NCBI RefSeq assembly: GCF_964204645.1
Contig: NC_134032.1
Span: 5,630,275 to 5,694,274, forward strand
Reading direction: 5' to 3'
DNA length: 64,000 nt
From: Tubulanus polymorphus
Taxonomy: Eukaryota; Animalia; Nemertea
A program made the translations under genes and the position numbers. Every line of letters begins with the position of its first letter. The stretch's first letter is position 1. Under the pieces are notes generated by a model. The model saw nothing but the letters and a program-made list of their open reading frames with translations. It did not search any database and was not told the DNA's origin. Positions 25,401-38,500 of the stretch are shown piece after piece.

Positions 25401-25520
25401 CACACGGGCAAACGCCCGTACTCATGCCCCTTCTGCCCGCAGAAGTTCCCAAACTCGGCCGGGCTTTTCATGCACAAGAAGAAGATTCATCCGGATCTTG
25501 TCGGGCGACCGGCTAATTAG
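22492..25520 (+). CDS. C2H2 zinc-finger terminal exon C (about 23 fingers plus a long acidic region)
   Basis: ORF 22473-25520; acceptor tttgtattttatcgattcAG| at 22490-22491, phase 1; HTGKRPY linker; D/E-rich tract at about 23400-23640. Confidence 0.92.
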
Positions 25521-25734
25521 AATTCAATTGAAATATGAACATGGTTAGTATTTGGACTAATATCTATTTCAACTTGGAGGACATCAGGTAGCCCACAGTC
25601 AGTTTTCGTGGTATATACCCGCTAAAAGTCTTAATAGGACCATAATGGGTCGACAGTTGAACTAAAACATCAATTTTTAATCCATACTACACTGTATTGA
25701 AGGAATGCAAAAAGTCTTTAGAAATTGTGTTTTT

Positions 25735-27250
25735 TTAGCCCACTTGGGACTTTAGTCCCAGCGGGCTATTGCGTTCACTTTTCGTTCGTCCGTCCGTCGG
25801 TAGACGGAATCCAGTTGTTTTGGGAAGTTTTGAAGACGCTTCAATGTAATGTCTTGATATTTGGGTTACACATGTATCTACCCTAGACACATCTTCAGCC
25901 CTAAAACTGGCCCTGTCAGAATCAAGATGGCCGACTGGTAGCCATTGTTGTTCGCCAAAATCAACACTTTTTATACATTTTTGAACTTTTTGAGTGAAAT
26001 TTTGAAGACGCTTTGATCAATTACCTTGATCTTTTGGATATATGTGAATCCCCCAGGGCCCATCAGCATAACAAAAATTGGGTCGATCAGACTCAAGATG
26101 GCCATCCTATGACCTTTTTAGTGCCCAAAAATGTCAATTTTGGCCCGAATTCTAGGTCCTGTAGCTTCTTACTGGTTTGCCATTTCTCATTGCAATTTGT
26201 GATGGGTATTCTTTGGAAAGGGATGTTTTATACCCGAGACAGGTATTTTTGATCAGCCAATTATGACACAATTGGCGGCCATCTTGGTGTCATCAGTACT
26301 CATTCGTAGGTGGGAAAAAGTTTTTCCACACTAAATTCATACGTAAGCATATTGTGTTACTATATTCAATTGGAAAGTTGTAGCCCATAACGTGTTCTAT
26401 GATTTTGGTGAGTTTCAAGGTCATTGGTTTTTTTGTATTTGGCCACCAAGGGGCGTTGAATAATACAATAACTTAGTATTTCTATATTATATTTGTACCT
26501 ATGCATATTTTGTTACATCAATCAATTGCAAAGTTGTAGCTCATGACATCTTCCATGATTTTGGTGAGTTTTTAAGGACATTAGTTATTCTATATGGTCA
26601 CCCGAGGGGCGTTGAATAGTAGAATAACTTAGTATTTCTTTTAGATTGGTACCTAGGCATATTTTGTTACCATGATCAATTGCAAAGTTGTAGCTCACGA
26701 CATCGTCTATGATTGTGGTGAGTTTTTAAGGACATTAGTTATTCCTTATAGTCACCAGGGGGCGTTGAATAGTAGAATAACTTAGTATTTCCTTATTAGA
26801 TTGGTACCTAGGCATATTTTGTTACCATGATCAATTGCAAAGTTGTAGCTCATGACATGTTCTACGATTGTGGTGAGTTTTAAGGTCATTGGGTTTTGCA
26901 TATGGTCACCAGGGGGCGTTGAATAGTAGAATAACTTAGTATTTGCATATTGAATTGGTAACGAGGCATATTTTGTTATCACAATCAATTACAAAATCAT
27001 AGCTGCTGACATGTTCTATGATTGTGGTGGATTTCAAGGTCATTTGTTTTTGTATATGGTCACTAGGGGGCGTTATGTATCGAAATTGTTAGATTGTTGA
27101 GCATTTGAAACCACTTCCCAAGTGGGCATGGTATCCCTGGACCCCTAGTTGTATATGGCCACTAGTGGGCGTTGAATATTGAAATTGTTAGATTGTTGAG
27201 CATTTGGAACCACTTCCCAAGTGGGCATGGTGTCCCTGGACCCCTAGTTT
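25735..27250 (+). mobile_element. Helentron/DINE-like family H3 with internal 154-155-bp tandem repeats and a duplicated 3' end
   Basis: 5' T-tract, AGCCCACTTGGGA..TCCCAGCGGGCT hairpin and (CGTC)n microsatellite; 3' CCCAAGTGGGC subTIR, hairpin and CTAGTT at 27117-27150 and 27215-27250; ATCAAT anchors at 26521, 26675, 26830, 26984. Confidence 0.75.
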
Positions 27251-27969
27251 TTCTATCAGTGAGACTTGTTTGCAATCCATCAATACAAGGCAAAATGGAT
27301 TCAGAATAATGTTTTGATCAACTGCCAGCCCATTCTATTCCTATCAAGACTTATCGGGTATGTACCACCAAAACTGACTGAGCTAGGGCCCCTGATGTCC
27401 TCTTAAGTCAAGTTGAAATAGGCATTATTTGTTGATAGTACCAGAGCCAGTTGTATAGTCATGGTCAAAAGTGGTATTAAACCTTCAGAATAGTTTTAGA
27501 ACTAAAATGAGCTAAGGCATCATTGTTAGGCCATGCAAAGAAATACAAATAATTCAAGAAATATCAATGTTTTTTCTGAAAAGTGGCGAAGGCAGGTGAA
27601 TCTAAATTTTATTGCTTTTTTAGGATCAAATGTCTACTAATCGATGCTTGACCTTGTTTCCTAACATCATAGGGAAAGCCCTTCAGAAGGGCATCACTTG
27701 GAAATCCCTCTAGAAGGGCTTTCCTAGTGACATCATTACCAAGACCTGTTCTACTATGTAATTGTGCCTCATAGGGAAAACCCATTACCATGTATATCAT
27801 CAAAATTGAACATGCTTACTACACAGTCTACGATGATTTCATCTTTATCAGCTGTTCATACGTCATTGCAAATCCATGGATCGATTTTTGTGCTCAAAAC
27901 TAAAATTTACTCCTGTTGATCCTACTGGACCCATGGTCCTTTATTTAAATAAAAAAGTTGAAATAATAA

Positions 27970-28382
27970 AGCCCCGAACACACTATGCGATTAAATTTCG
28001 CACAGCGTCTGCGATAACAGATTTTGCAGCGAAATTCGCTTAGTGTTTTCAGTCGGCTGCAGGCGATTTTCACGTGCGATCCGTCGCATGCGAAAATCGC
28101 ACCGATCAAACATGTATGATATTTTCGCGGCAAATTTTATCGCAGCGAATATTTTCGCACAGTGTGACCGTGAGATACGAATTTCGCCGCGAACCACTTG
28201 AAATAGAACCAATCAATGACGAGCAACAACAACAACAATTCTAAGTTTTTTGGACCCAGCCATCTCTTTGATCACATGACCCCAAACTCTGCATGAGGTC
28301 GCTAACAGCTGATCGCATAGGTGTGTCCGCTCCATGCTGTGCGATAAATTCGTAGCGAAAATGGCATAGTGTGTTCGGGGCT
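27970..28382. mobile_element. MITE family W (AGCCCCGAACACACTATGC TIR), TWA target
   Basis: TAA-AGCCCCGAACACACTATGC...GCATAGTGTGTTCGGGGCT-TTA; copies at 32811-33348 and 59978-60371. Confidence 0.85.
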
Positions 28383-29999
28383 TTAGCTCAACCAGAGACT
28401 GATTAACTGACACGAGAGGAATTTTTTTTACCATTGCTAAACAAATACTAGTAATGCAAGAAGAACATATGCAAAAAAAACTATTGAGAATTAAGAAGGT
28501 CCCTGAACCTATAACATCAAACTATATCGTCACATTTAATTGAAACGGAGACATTCATTTTCGCTACTTTCACGCTTCTTCGAAATAAAGTAAGATGTGA
28601 CGAACCCTCCTCCCGCTTTCGTTGTCACCGTAAAATGTGGATTACATGAAGGATGAGCATATAACTAGCGGGTTTAAATTTTTTATTAGAAAAAGACGAT
28701 TGATTCTTTTCCGATGCCAGCGGGTGCATTTGGCTTTTGATTTTTATTACTGACACTGTATGACGCTGGTGGCATTTGACTTTCTTGAGAAACTAGGGTA
28801 TTTATTTCTGTGGTCTTGATTGACTATAGAGCCAAAATATGCTTAGACACTGGTCTCTAGTTGTTAGATTGGTAACAGAACCAAAATGAGCTGAGACTGG
28901 TCTTACAATTATTTGATTGGTGGTTACACTGAACCTAAAATGAGCTGAGGCTTCGTTTTTAGATGCCTATCTAATATGCTTAGTTCGGTTATTGGATTGA
29001 CTATGAAAATGGTCTTCAATCTCATTATATTATTTTTACAAATGGAGCTTACAGCTTGATTATAGAACTAAATTGGTCTTAGCCATGACAGTGCAACTGG
29101 CCCCAGAACTTCACTGAAGAAGAGTAAGACTTGGGTTGCCACGGGATTCGGCTTAATTTTTAGGACTGGCCATGAGTTAAGACTAGTCTTAATGAACATA
29201 TACGTAAGGCTCAGTTACAGCACAGTCCAAAACTGTTTAATCTTTCGCTGATGAAATAACAGGTTCATTTTGTAGACTGACACTTAGATGTGTTAAAATT
29301 TTTGGTCCGCAGAATGGAACTAAAACGTGGTTCCTAAACCTTATCCTTATAGTCATCTTGAGGAATACCAAGGTTATAACAAAGATATGTACAGTCTACC
29401 TCGTTAAAATCGTCATTTATGGGACCAGCTCAAAAATGACAATTTATCCGATTGACGAATCAAGTACATTTTGACTTTCTCACTAGTATCACCAGTGTTT
29501 GTTGATTAAAAGAACCCGTGTAATCATGGGATGTATCCGATGGGCTAGGTAATTTCCTACACGCATTACCCATAGATGTCAATCCATTGATGTCAAAATA
29601 AAAGTTGATACATATGCCGGTACGTATGCTGTATTTGGAATTGTATTTCAAGACCGATTTCTATGAAATCTTTAGATGATTTGGGTTTTGGGAGGGAAAT
29701 ATTTATTTGCACTACAATATCATTGACAATTGTGCAAAGTCCGGGAAAATAGCTATTTCTCAAATAGGATGGATGACCTTGATATGCTTATTAGCCATGT
29801 GCTCAAACTGCAAATTCAATCAAATTTTATTCTGCAAAAAAAACATCAAATCTAATTCAATTTGTATTATTGAGCAAACTTCAGAAAATCCAATTAAATT
29901 CTATTCTGCATTCAAATCAGTAAGACCGGGGGAAAAGATCGATCTGGGGTATTTGTTCCATCCAGGTCCCTCGCGGAATAACTTCTGAATATTATCTCC

Positions 30000-30350
30000 A
30001 TAATATATTTCGTACCTAGGAGATATTTTGTTTCCACAATCAATTGCGAAATTGTAGCTCATGAAATTTTTATGATTGGGGTGAGTTTTGAGGTCACTGG
30101 TTTCAGTATGTGTTCACCAGGGGCCGTGAATAGCGGAAAAACTTTAGTATTTCCTTATTATATTAATACATAGGGCCTAGGCATATTCTGTTATCACAAT
30201 CAACCGCATAATTATAGCTAATGACATGTTCTAATTGTAGTTAGTTTCAAGGACATTGGCTTTTGTTTATGGTCACCACGGGACGTTGACTGATTGTTGA
30301 GCATTTCAAATGACTTCCCGAGTAGGCATGGTGTCCCTCACCCCTAGTTT
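30000..30350 (+). mobile_element. 5'-truncated copy of Helentron-like family H3
   Basis: Diverged 155-bp units and 3' end cttcccgagtaggcatggtgtccctcacccctagtttt, similar to 27215-27250. Confidence 0.7.
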
Positions 30351-32081
30351 TCAGTGGCGCCATACACAACCAGGACTGTAGCGATAAAAAGATAGTACCC
30401 CTTTTCAAGGTCCTACCTTGTGAAGGCACATCGCACGTGATGATTGATCATGTAGTATAAAACATACACACTAATTGTCTACTGGTCTGTTTATTATAGT
30501 ATGAATAGATTCTATTATTTGAGACTTTTATTATAACGCCATATAGCTTGCCCCTCTTGGAGGGATTTACTAGGATGCCTTTTAAAAGGGGTATTGAATT
30601 CATTATATTGTTCCAGACTCATGGCTGAACAACTACCTAGATGAGTAGCAGGCTACTACAAGATTATACAGTAGAAATTAGTGCACTTTGATCTATTAAG
30701 TACGTACGCTTTGCGTAAATAGCTACCTTGCTTTGTACGCAGATCAAATGCTTTTGCCGTTGAGGACCTACCTAGGGCGTGCGTACGTACTTTACAGGGA
30801 TGAGAATTTATCACGTTTTTGGTGGTTTCTTGCCTTTTTGTGATGGGATATTTGAAAAAACAAGCTTTCCAATTGTCCAGATCTGTTGAAAAATTGATGG
30901 GGGGTGAAAGGTTTGCTGCGTCTGGCATTATGTTTCGGCTAACAAGAGTAATTTAGCATGCAAAGGTAATTCGCCCAAAGATTTTCGTTATGTGCTGCCA
31001 TCTGGTATTGCCAATATAAACTACTGTGAAAAAATAACCGGTTTGTGCTGCCATCTAGAATTGAAACAAGGCTGTTGAGGAAATCGTGCTGGGAACCCCC
31101 ACTTTGAGCTTAGTGCCTATGTTGCAGTTAAGCTGCAATTTCAGTAATTAACAGAAATTTTCATCAAAAGTCCTGCTTTTTTCATAATCCCTGGTTCTCA
31201 TCCCTGATTTAATGAATGGTCCCTTGATAAATAAACAGTGCTGCACCTGTTTTCTTACATTCATTTGTGCAGTGACAGTTTAACTGATGCTGTTTTCATA
31301 TTGAGAGTACTATCAAACCAGCAAAATAGTGACGATCAATGCAAAATGACAACTTATGAATCACAAATTAACGATAAAAATGTTTAGGAAATAATGCCGT
31401 TCTCGGAGAAAAATGGCGATTACAGAGCCAGGATGACGGATTACCCGCTGACAATTAAAGCGACGAACAAAGAGACAAGTTCAGCAATCAGTTCCGGATT
31501 GTATATATGTATGGTGAAAGTCCTTTATTATGCGACTATTTGGGACCAATGGTAAGCATGGCTATATAGGCACCAATGGAAAGCATGGCTATATACGCTA
31601 GTAACAAAATCAGCTTCATAAAGAATGATATTTTCATTGAATTTGAGTTAGATTGTGCAAACTCGTTCTCTGAAAAATGTTGGCGTGAGCAATGGCATTA
31701 AAAAGGATGTCATTATGACAGACTTTGACTGTACTTGAAAATTACCGAATTAGCATTCCTTAAGATGACTATTAGGATATAGTCGAAAAGGTGATCTCTG
31801 TGGATGTCACATTAGCTAATATCGTTATAACTATTATCATAATTATTTAATATTATTATAAATTGATATTTAAATTGCATGTTATTATAATCCAAATTAT
31901 TTTGTCAATATTAATGATCATTAGGTACCGGGGTTTGAGTTATATTTCAATTTTTAAAAATGTCATGTTTTCTTTAATGATTTCTAGTTATTGCGCTAGA
32001 ATCCTAGACCCTCAACTGTTTAAGATTTCGTTCCTAAGAATATAAATCAGTTCATCTTTTCAACTGTTTCAAGTTTACTAA

Positions 32082-32563
32082 GGGACCATTCATTTATTGC
32101 ATATGCGCGTTGGGAGGAGGAAGGGTTTATGTCTGATGCGTACAAGTCTGTTCGGGCGAGGGGTCAAATGATATGTTGTACGTGTGCTGATATGTCTATC
32201 GTACGAATAATTTCTGAGAACACAAACTACTTTAACCGATGCGATGAAAGTGTCAAAGGCACATACACCGAAAACTAATAATTATGTTACGATACTCAAT
32301 GCTACCAATCTAATATCAATCAGTATTATATGTGTTGGGTGATAGTTATTTCCATCTTTGATACGGAGGTATTTTCTGGTTACCCAGATGTAAAGCTGAT
32401 GCTTCCGACAGTCGCAACAGCAACGCATCATCTGTTCGAAGCTGAAAATACTTATCATTGATAAGTTAATTTCAAAGGTAACATACATTTTTTCTCATGT
32501 ACGTATTTAGGGGCAAGGGTTAAAAATCGGAATTTTATGCGTACGTAATATTCAGATGGTCCC
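32082..32563. mobile_element. MITE with GGGACCAT TIRs, TWA target
   Basis: TAA-GGGACCATTC...GATGGTCCC-TTA. Confidence 0.65.
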
Positions 32564-32810
32564 TTAGGAGTCAAAATTATTTATCAGGTCTGCAGATTGA
32601 GGCATGATTATATTGAGCTCAGATCAGTTGTCACAATACTTAATGTTGTCATTATTTTTGAGTCTAATTTGTATTTCCAATTCAATTTACTAAGTGTAAG
32701 TCATCATTTGGATAAGTTGTTACACTACTGAAGTCTTACTTAAGTATTTTTGTGTCCTGATCGGCGTATTTCTAACTTAATTTACCAAGTGTAAGTTGTC
32801 ATTAGGATAA

Positions 32811-33348
32811 AGCCCCGGACACACAATGCGATTTTATTCGCACAGCGTTCGCGATTACAGATTTCGCTGCAAAATTCACATAGAGTGTTCGGTCAGCTGC
32901 AGGTGATTTCGCATCGATCAAACATGTTTGATATTTTCGTGGCGAATTTTATCGCAGCGAACATTTTTGCACAGTGCATGGTTCCCGCAGAACAGGGAAA
33001 CTGGGAAAAACTTGGGGATTTTGAAATAATAATTCCCGGTTAGGAAATATTTGGGAATCTGAAAAATCTTCCTCCAATCAGGGAATTATTTGGGAAAATT
33101 CATATTAATTAATTCATATAACTGTGGGAACCATGACAGTGTGTCCGTGAGATGCGAATTTCTCCGTGAACCATTCCAAATGAAACCAATCATTGACGAG
33201 CAACAACAACAATTTTAAGTTTCCTGGATGCAGCCATCTTTTTGATCACATGACCACGAACTCTGCATGAGGTCACTGATCGCATAGGTGTGTCCGCTCC
33301 GCGCTGTGCGATAAATTGAAGCGAAAATCGCATAGTGTGTTCAGGGCT
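32811..33348. mobile_element. MITE family W copy interrupted by a 159-bp MITE (32977-33135; CATGGTTCCC TIR, ACAGTG duplication)
   Basis: Homology to 27970-28382; ACAGTG-CATGGTTCCC...GGGAACCATG-ACAGTG, where the uninterrupted copies have a single ACAGTG. Confidence 0.85.
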
Positions 33349-33849
33349 TATGTAAGTCTTCAACTTAATAGTTTTCCCAACGATGAGTTTGACAGTAGTT
33401 ATTTTCAATAAATGAAGAACAATGTTCAAACCAGATTTTTTTACCTATTATTTCAAGGGTAAGAAATGAATTTCTGCAATCATCTGTCAGTTTCTTGTTT
33501 AATGTTTGTTTAATATTATGTTTCTTCTCTTCAAAAACTGTTTTAGCATCTTTTTAGCATATTGAGAGAAACTATTACCTAAAAATGTTAAGAAGTAGGT
33601 CACCTTAGTGTATGGGTAAATATTGTATAAACGGTTAGAAAATAAATATTTGATTCTTTGCACTGAATTGAACAAGTTTATCATTGGTTTATAGATCTGG
33701 GGCTGGCACACAAAATCTGTTGTACCATCCAACCCACATATTGCTCTCAAGTCAGAAGATCCAACTCCAGCAGAGTAGTACTGTACCATCTAACTTGGAT
33801 GTCGCTCTCGAGTCAAAAGATTCAAATTGAGACGAGTCTACTTTACCAT

Positions 33850-35570
33850 CCGTACAAAACGACGAAATATGGAATGAAATTATGAAATATGAAGCGAAAC
33901 GAAATTACGAAATGCTAATTTTTTGCTAGTCGTGCTCAAGTACGAAACGAAATATGTCACAAAATGGTCACATTTCAAACACTATCATACTATGTCAAAG
34001 CTCGGGACTGCAAAATGTTCATATTTCAAACACGACCATACTTTAGTCAAAGTTCGGGACTGTCAAAATTTTGGCAGTACATGTAAATGATCTTCTGAAA
34101 GTATTCAAGAATTTGTGTTCTTAAACTGGAAGGTTTTAGCCTGATTGACATTTTGAGATGGTCCCAAAGTTGGTATAGTAAATATACATCGGAATCTGTA
34201 GTGTGTGGTTGTTATTTCATTCCCTCCATAGTGGATCAAACAACATGATGTGCTTTAAGGAACCAGAAAGTCACCTGATCAGCGTAAATTCAGAGTGAGT
34301 GTTTCCAGGAAACCAATAATGAAGCCTAAGGCTAAAAAATGAATAACTTGTTTCTCAGCCTCCGCAGCCACTGAGGCATTTTGTGAATTCCAATAAAATT
34401 TTTTGATCTGTTCATTTCTATAGCTGCGTTCACATGACAACTAGTTAGACTCGTCTAAATGGGTCCAAACCTGGTCTGGTTCAAATTTAGACCGGACCAA
34501 TGTTTGGTGAGCGTTCACACTGTGTTTTGACACGTGATGATAAAATCGCTTGTCACTGGGCCCACAAGATGTCGCCATCTGCTAAATAAATAATTGCGCC
34601 TGGATGAAGTCCTGCTTCCAGATTCGAAGTAGAGCAAGACATTATTCATTTGACCAATTTGATCCTCTGTCAGGTTTAGACATTTTTGCGAATTCGATTT
34701 TATTCTATCACGCTGAAACTCTTAAGTGTCGTTTAAACACGATTCAAAGCATGGCAGTAAAACGCATGATGATCGAGACATACGAATACAAATATTTGAT
34801 ACGTTCCAAGCATTTCCATAGTATAGGGAGGAAAAACAGTACTTAAAAATAATTACATAAACGGTAGTTAAAGCATTTAAAACTTAATAAACTGGACTCA
34901 TACTCTACCGCTGAGGTCGCGACATCTACCACAGAGATTTTGACCAGACCTGGTACCAGTTTCTGTCCACACACAGATTTAGACCGGTCCAAAATTTGAC
35001 CGGTCTAATTTGGAATGGTATTTTTGCCTGTGTGAATGCTTGGTCCGGTCTAAATAGGACCAGACCAAATTTTAGACTGGTCTAATTTGTCTTGAGAACG
35101 CGCCTTATAGCTGCCGGGTCTGATATTGTATGCCCGATCATGGTTTACACAAAGTAATGTACAGGGCAGATAGGCGACCGGCCGGGTCAATATTCAAGCT
35201 CAGCAGTGGAGAAACAAGGTATCATTTTTTAGCCTAAACATTGCAGGACTGCATTCTCCAGCCCGTAATCTATCAATCGGTCCCTTCGAGTTGTATATGA
35301 GCATGTGCAGATCATTCTCCTCTGGCAGGTTTCGATGATATCGCTAAACTCAGCCATGGCGGAACCCTGCCACAATAGACCGACTGCGTATGTTTAAGCC
35401 AGCTCCACGAGTCCGCTGCTGTAGTTAAAAAAATTACAATTTCCTTTTTCTTATTTCATTTTATACTTTAGCAGGAAAGAATGGTCATCGTTTCGTAGTT
35501 TAGCATTTCGTTGCACAGTTTTTCGTTTCGCACTTCAGCATTTGGTTTCATATTTCATCATTTTGTTCCC
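33850..35570. mobile_element. Three-level nest of TIR elements: outer (about 33850-35570), GGCTAAAAAA MITE with TAA TSD (34330-35234), inner MITE (about 34422-35105)
   Basis: Inverted gaaatat/cgaaatgctaa arms at about 33850-33920 and 35498-35570; TAA-GGCTAAAAAATGAATAACTTGTTTCTC...GAGAAACAAGGTATCATTTTTTAGCC-TAA; inner gcgttc.ca..ttagac..gtctaaat arms. Confidence 0.65.
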
Positions 35571-38500
35571 TCTCGGATGTCACTCTTGAGTAAAAAAAAT
35601 ATTATGAAGAAAATACATCATCAACAACTGGTGCTTTATGTGTAGAAAAGATGTTTTTATTAAATGAAGATCCAAATAGATGCAATCAATGATGAAAACA
35701 TTCACGAGTTCATTCTGTACATGGTTGAAATGTTTTTAAGTACCCCTACAATTATCTTTGAAACCTGGATGTCCCCACACAGAAACGTGAAGCTATAGTA
35801 AAGCCCCGATGATGGCTGATTTAAGATTTTTTTAATTGCTGATTTGGGAGTCTGGATTTTCTGGATATCGAGGAAATTCATTTTCAGCGCCATGATTGTA
35901 GGCATGCCTCGGAGGTCTGATATGGGTTCAAGTAAGAAAATCTTGGGGAAGGACCCAAAATCCCTCTCATGGCTTCACGCTTTGTTGTTTCAAAAACATT
36001 TTCCGGATTCTTTCATTGGCAGTAGTAGCAACTGTATCTAATTCAAATTCAGTTATTCTGTTCTCAGAAAAAAACCTGGCCTGAGGCGGTATATTGGAGG
36101 TAAACTGTACTTAATTTGAAAAAAATGCAAACTATCTAAGATTGTTCTACAATTTAATTTGTGAAACTTGCATCATAAAGTAGAACCTCATTATAACGAC
36201 CTCAGGTATAAAGATTAATCAGTTTTTACAAACCTAGAATTTCCACCCATGTAAGATTCATACTTGATATAACAAACTACATCATGCAGTAGCATCTACA
36301 ACCAACAGAAGTTTGTTGTAAAAAGGTTCTGTGTATAGAACTATCAGTTATAACTTACAGATGTTCTGGTGCCCTGAAGTTCATAGTTACAAGGTTTCAC
36401 TGTACATGTGTATAGAACTACAGGTTATAATAAACAAATTTCCTGGTCCTGTGCAGTTCGTTATCATGAGGTTCCGCTGTAGTTCACTAACCCATGATAA
36501 TACATTATTTACAGAAACATAACTTGAAAAGTTTGCTAACGAAATGCAGGAGCACAGGAAGACAATCCTCAGAAAATGGAATGTTTTTTTATACGGTATC
36601 AATTATCACAAAGGTCATCGAAAGGTCATCGAGTTTATAGAGAAATCTTAATTGGGCTTATATGGATTAGGCTCATGGGTGTTCCTCTTTTTGGGGTACA
36701 AACACATGTTATCAAATTTCTCTTTAAGAGGATCAAATCCACTAGATTTGACCATCTTAACAGATATTAAAATCTTGGGTATGCCCATGAGGCTCATCCA
36801 TAAGTATTATTTCTCATTTTAAATGCTTCGATTCACCAGCTTTTAATTATGCCCCTATATCAGCTGCATAAGTCTTTAAATTTGTAAAGGCAAATTCAAA
36901 CGATTGTAAATCTAGACCTTGATCCCAACTCCACACTTGAAAGGTCAGTAGAGTTAAAGCTTTAGACCAGGGGCCAGTTGCCCAGTCATGGCTCAGATTT
37001 AAGACCAGTCTAAAGCCTATGTAGTTCTTTAGCAAACCTAACAACTTTTAGACTAGCCTTAAGGTTCAAATTTTGGGTCACCAGCTGGATACATGGCCAA
37101 AGTGAGCTTAGCCCAGGCCTATTTTAACAAGTCAAAATGTATATTATAAACTTAATCAACCTTGACACTCAGGACTCGGTTCTAAAGTTATCGAGTCTTA
37201 AACATTTTGAATGAACTACTTCAACGCAGCTTAATTAGGATTATTTTGGACCGATGAAATTCATCCTGTTCATCAGAATCCTGATTAAACATCACATACT
37301 TAATGTACTACATACATTTTAGGTGACCTGTACATAATATCTGTATAAGATTGACATCCAGTTTAAACTGATCCAGATTAAGCAGGTTTAACTGTAGTTT
37401 CCAAAATAACTTCAATTCGATTTGTGGATCCACTCCTGTAAACTGTAACTCTATTAAGTTTTGACCCTGTGACTCAGCAATGTTCATATAAAATCTCAAC
37501 AATTCAATTCATAAGTTCTTATTTGGGATTAGTTGTCTTTTTTATTATTCGTCGTTAACGAATCTTCATTTGATTTCGAGCTATGTTGATTAGATTGATC
37601 GGATGTCTGTTGTTTAGAATCACCGGCAGATGACCGGTGCGTTTGCCGCACTTTAGCGCGTTTCACTTTCACCATCATTTTCCCAGTGTCTATGAACCAA
37701 AACATCTACAACAACGACAACAACAACAATCAAAATTTGATCTAAAAACTACAATTTTGTTGATGTAATAAGAGGATTCATGAAGGAATAATCTTTTCTG
37801 GAAGTTTCTTTAGGTTATTTGATTACCTCATATGGTTTTATAGCGCAGCGATCTTTCCTTAACAATTTGATATCATGGGGGATTTATGGAGGCAACCATC
37901 TTTCCTAGAAGGGTCTCAAACAATGGTTTGTTGATGTCATAGGGGATTTATGAGGCAGCCTTCTTTTCTGGAGGTGTCTATAGAGACATCAGGCCTATAT
38001 CACGGAAATTTGATGACGTCATGGAGGGATTATGGAGGCAGCCATATTTTCTAGACTGGTGTATACAACAATTGTATGATGTCAAAGGGGGATTTATGAA
38101 CGAGTCATCTTCACTGGAAGTTTCTATAGGGATATTTCAATCATGGAAATTTGATGATGGGGGTTGTACAATGGCAGCCATCTTTTCAGGACTTACCACA
38201 ATAAAAAAGCAATTCAACAAAGCAGGCAATGAAAACACTACTGATATGAAAAGTCCATCGCTATCAAAATATTGTTGACTTGAGAATGACCTGAAATCAT
38301 AAGATTTGACAATATTACAATTTCTAGGTTCAGAAGTATTTAGAAGTATCCTCGAGTATAAAAGGATCACAGAAATCTGAGACTAACTTGTAATTATGGG
38401 CGGCCCATTCATTGATATTTTCTGAGAGAAAAACCAACAGAACTGTAATAGATAAAGAGAAACAAAAACTAGAGTTCATTGTAGAAGGGAGTGGATATTT

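Noticed and set aside
5881-25477. Numerous short antisense and alternative-frame ORFs over the zinc-finger exons
   Set aside because: Shadow ORFs of GC-rich coding sequence with no motifs or independent splice support.
37530-37706. Minus-strand candidate terminal exon (MFWFIDTGKMMVKVKRAKV...)
   Set aside because: Only a plausible acceptor and a short frame; no partner exons or trustworthy homology.
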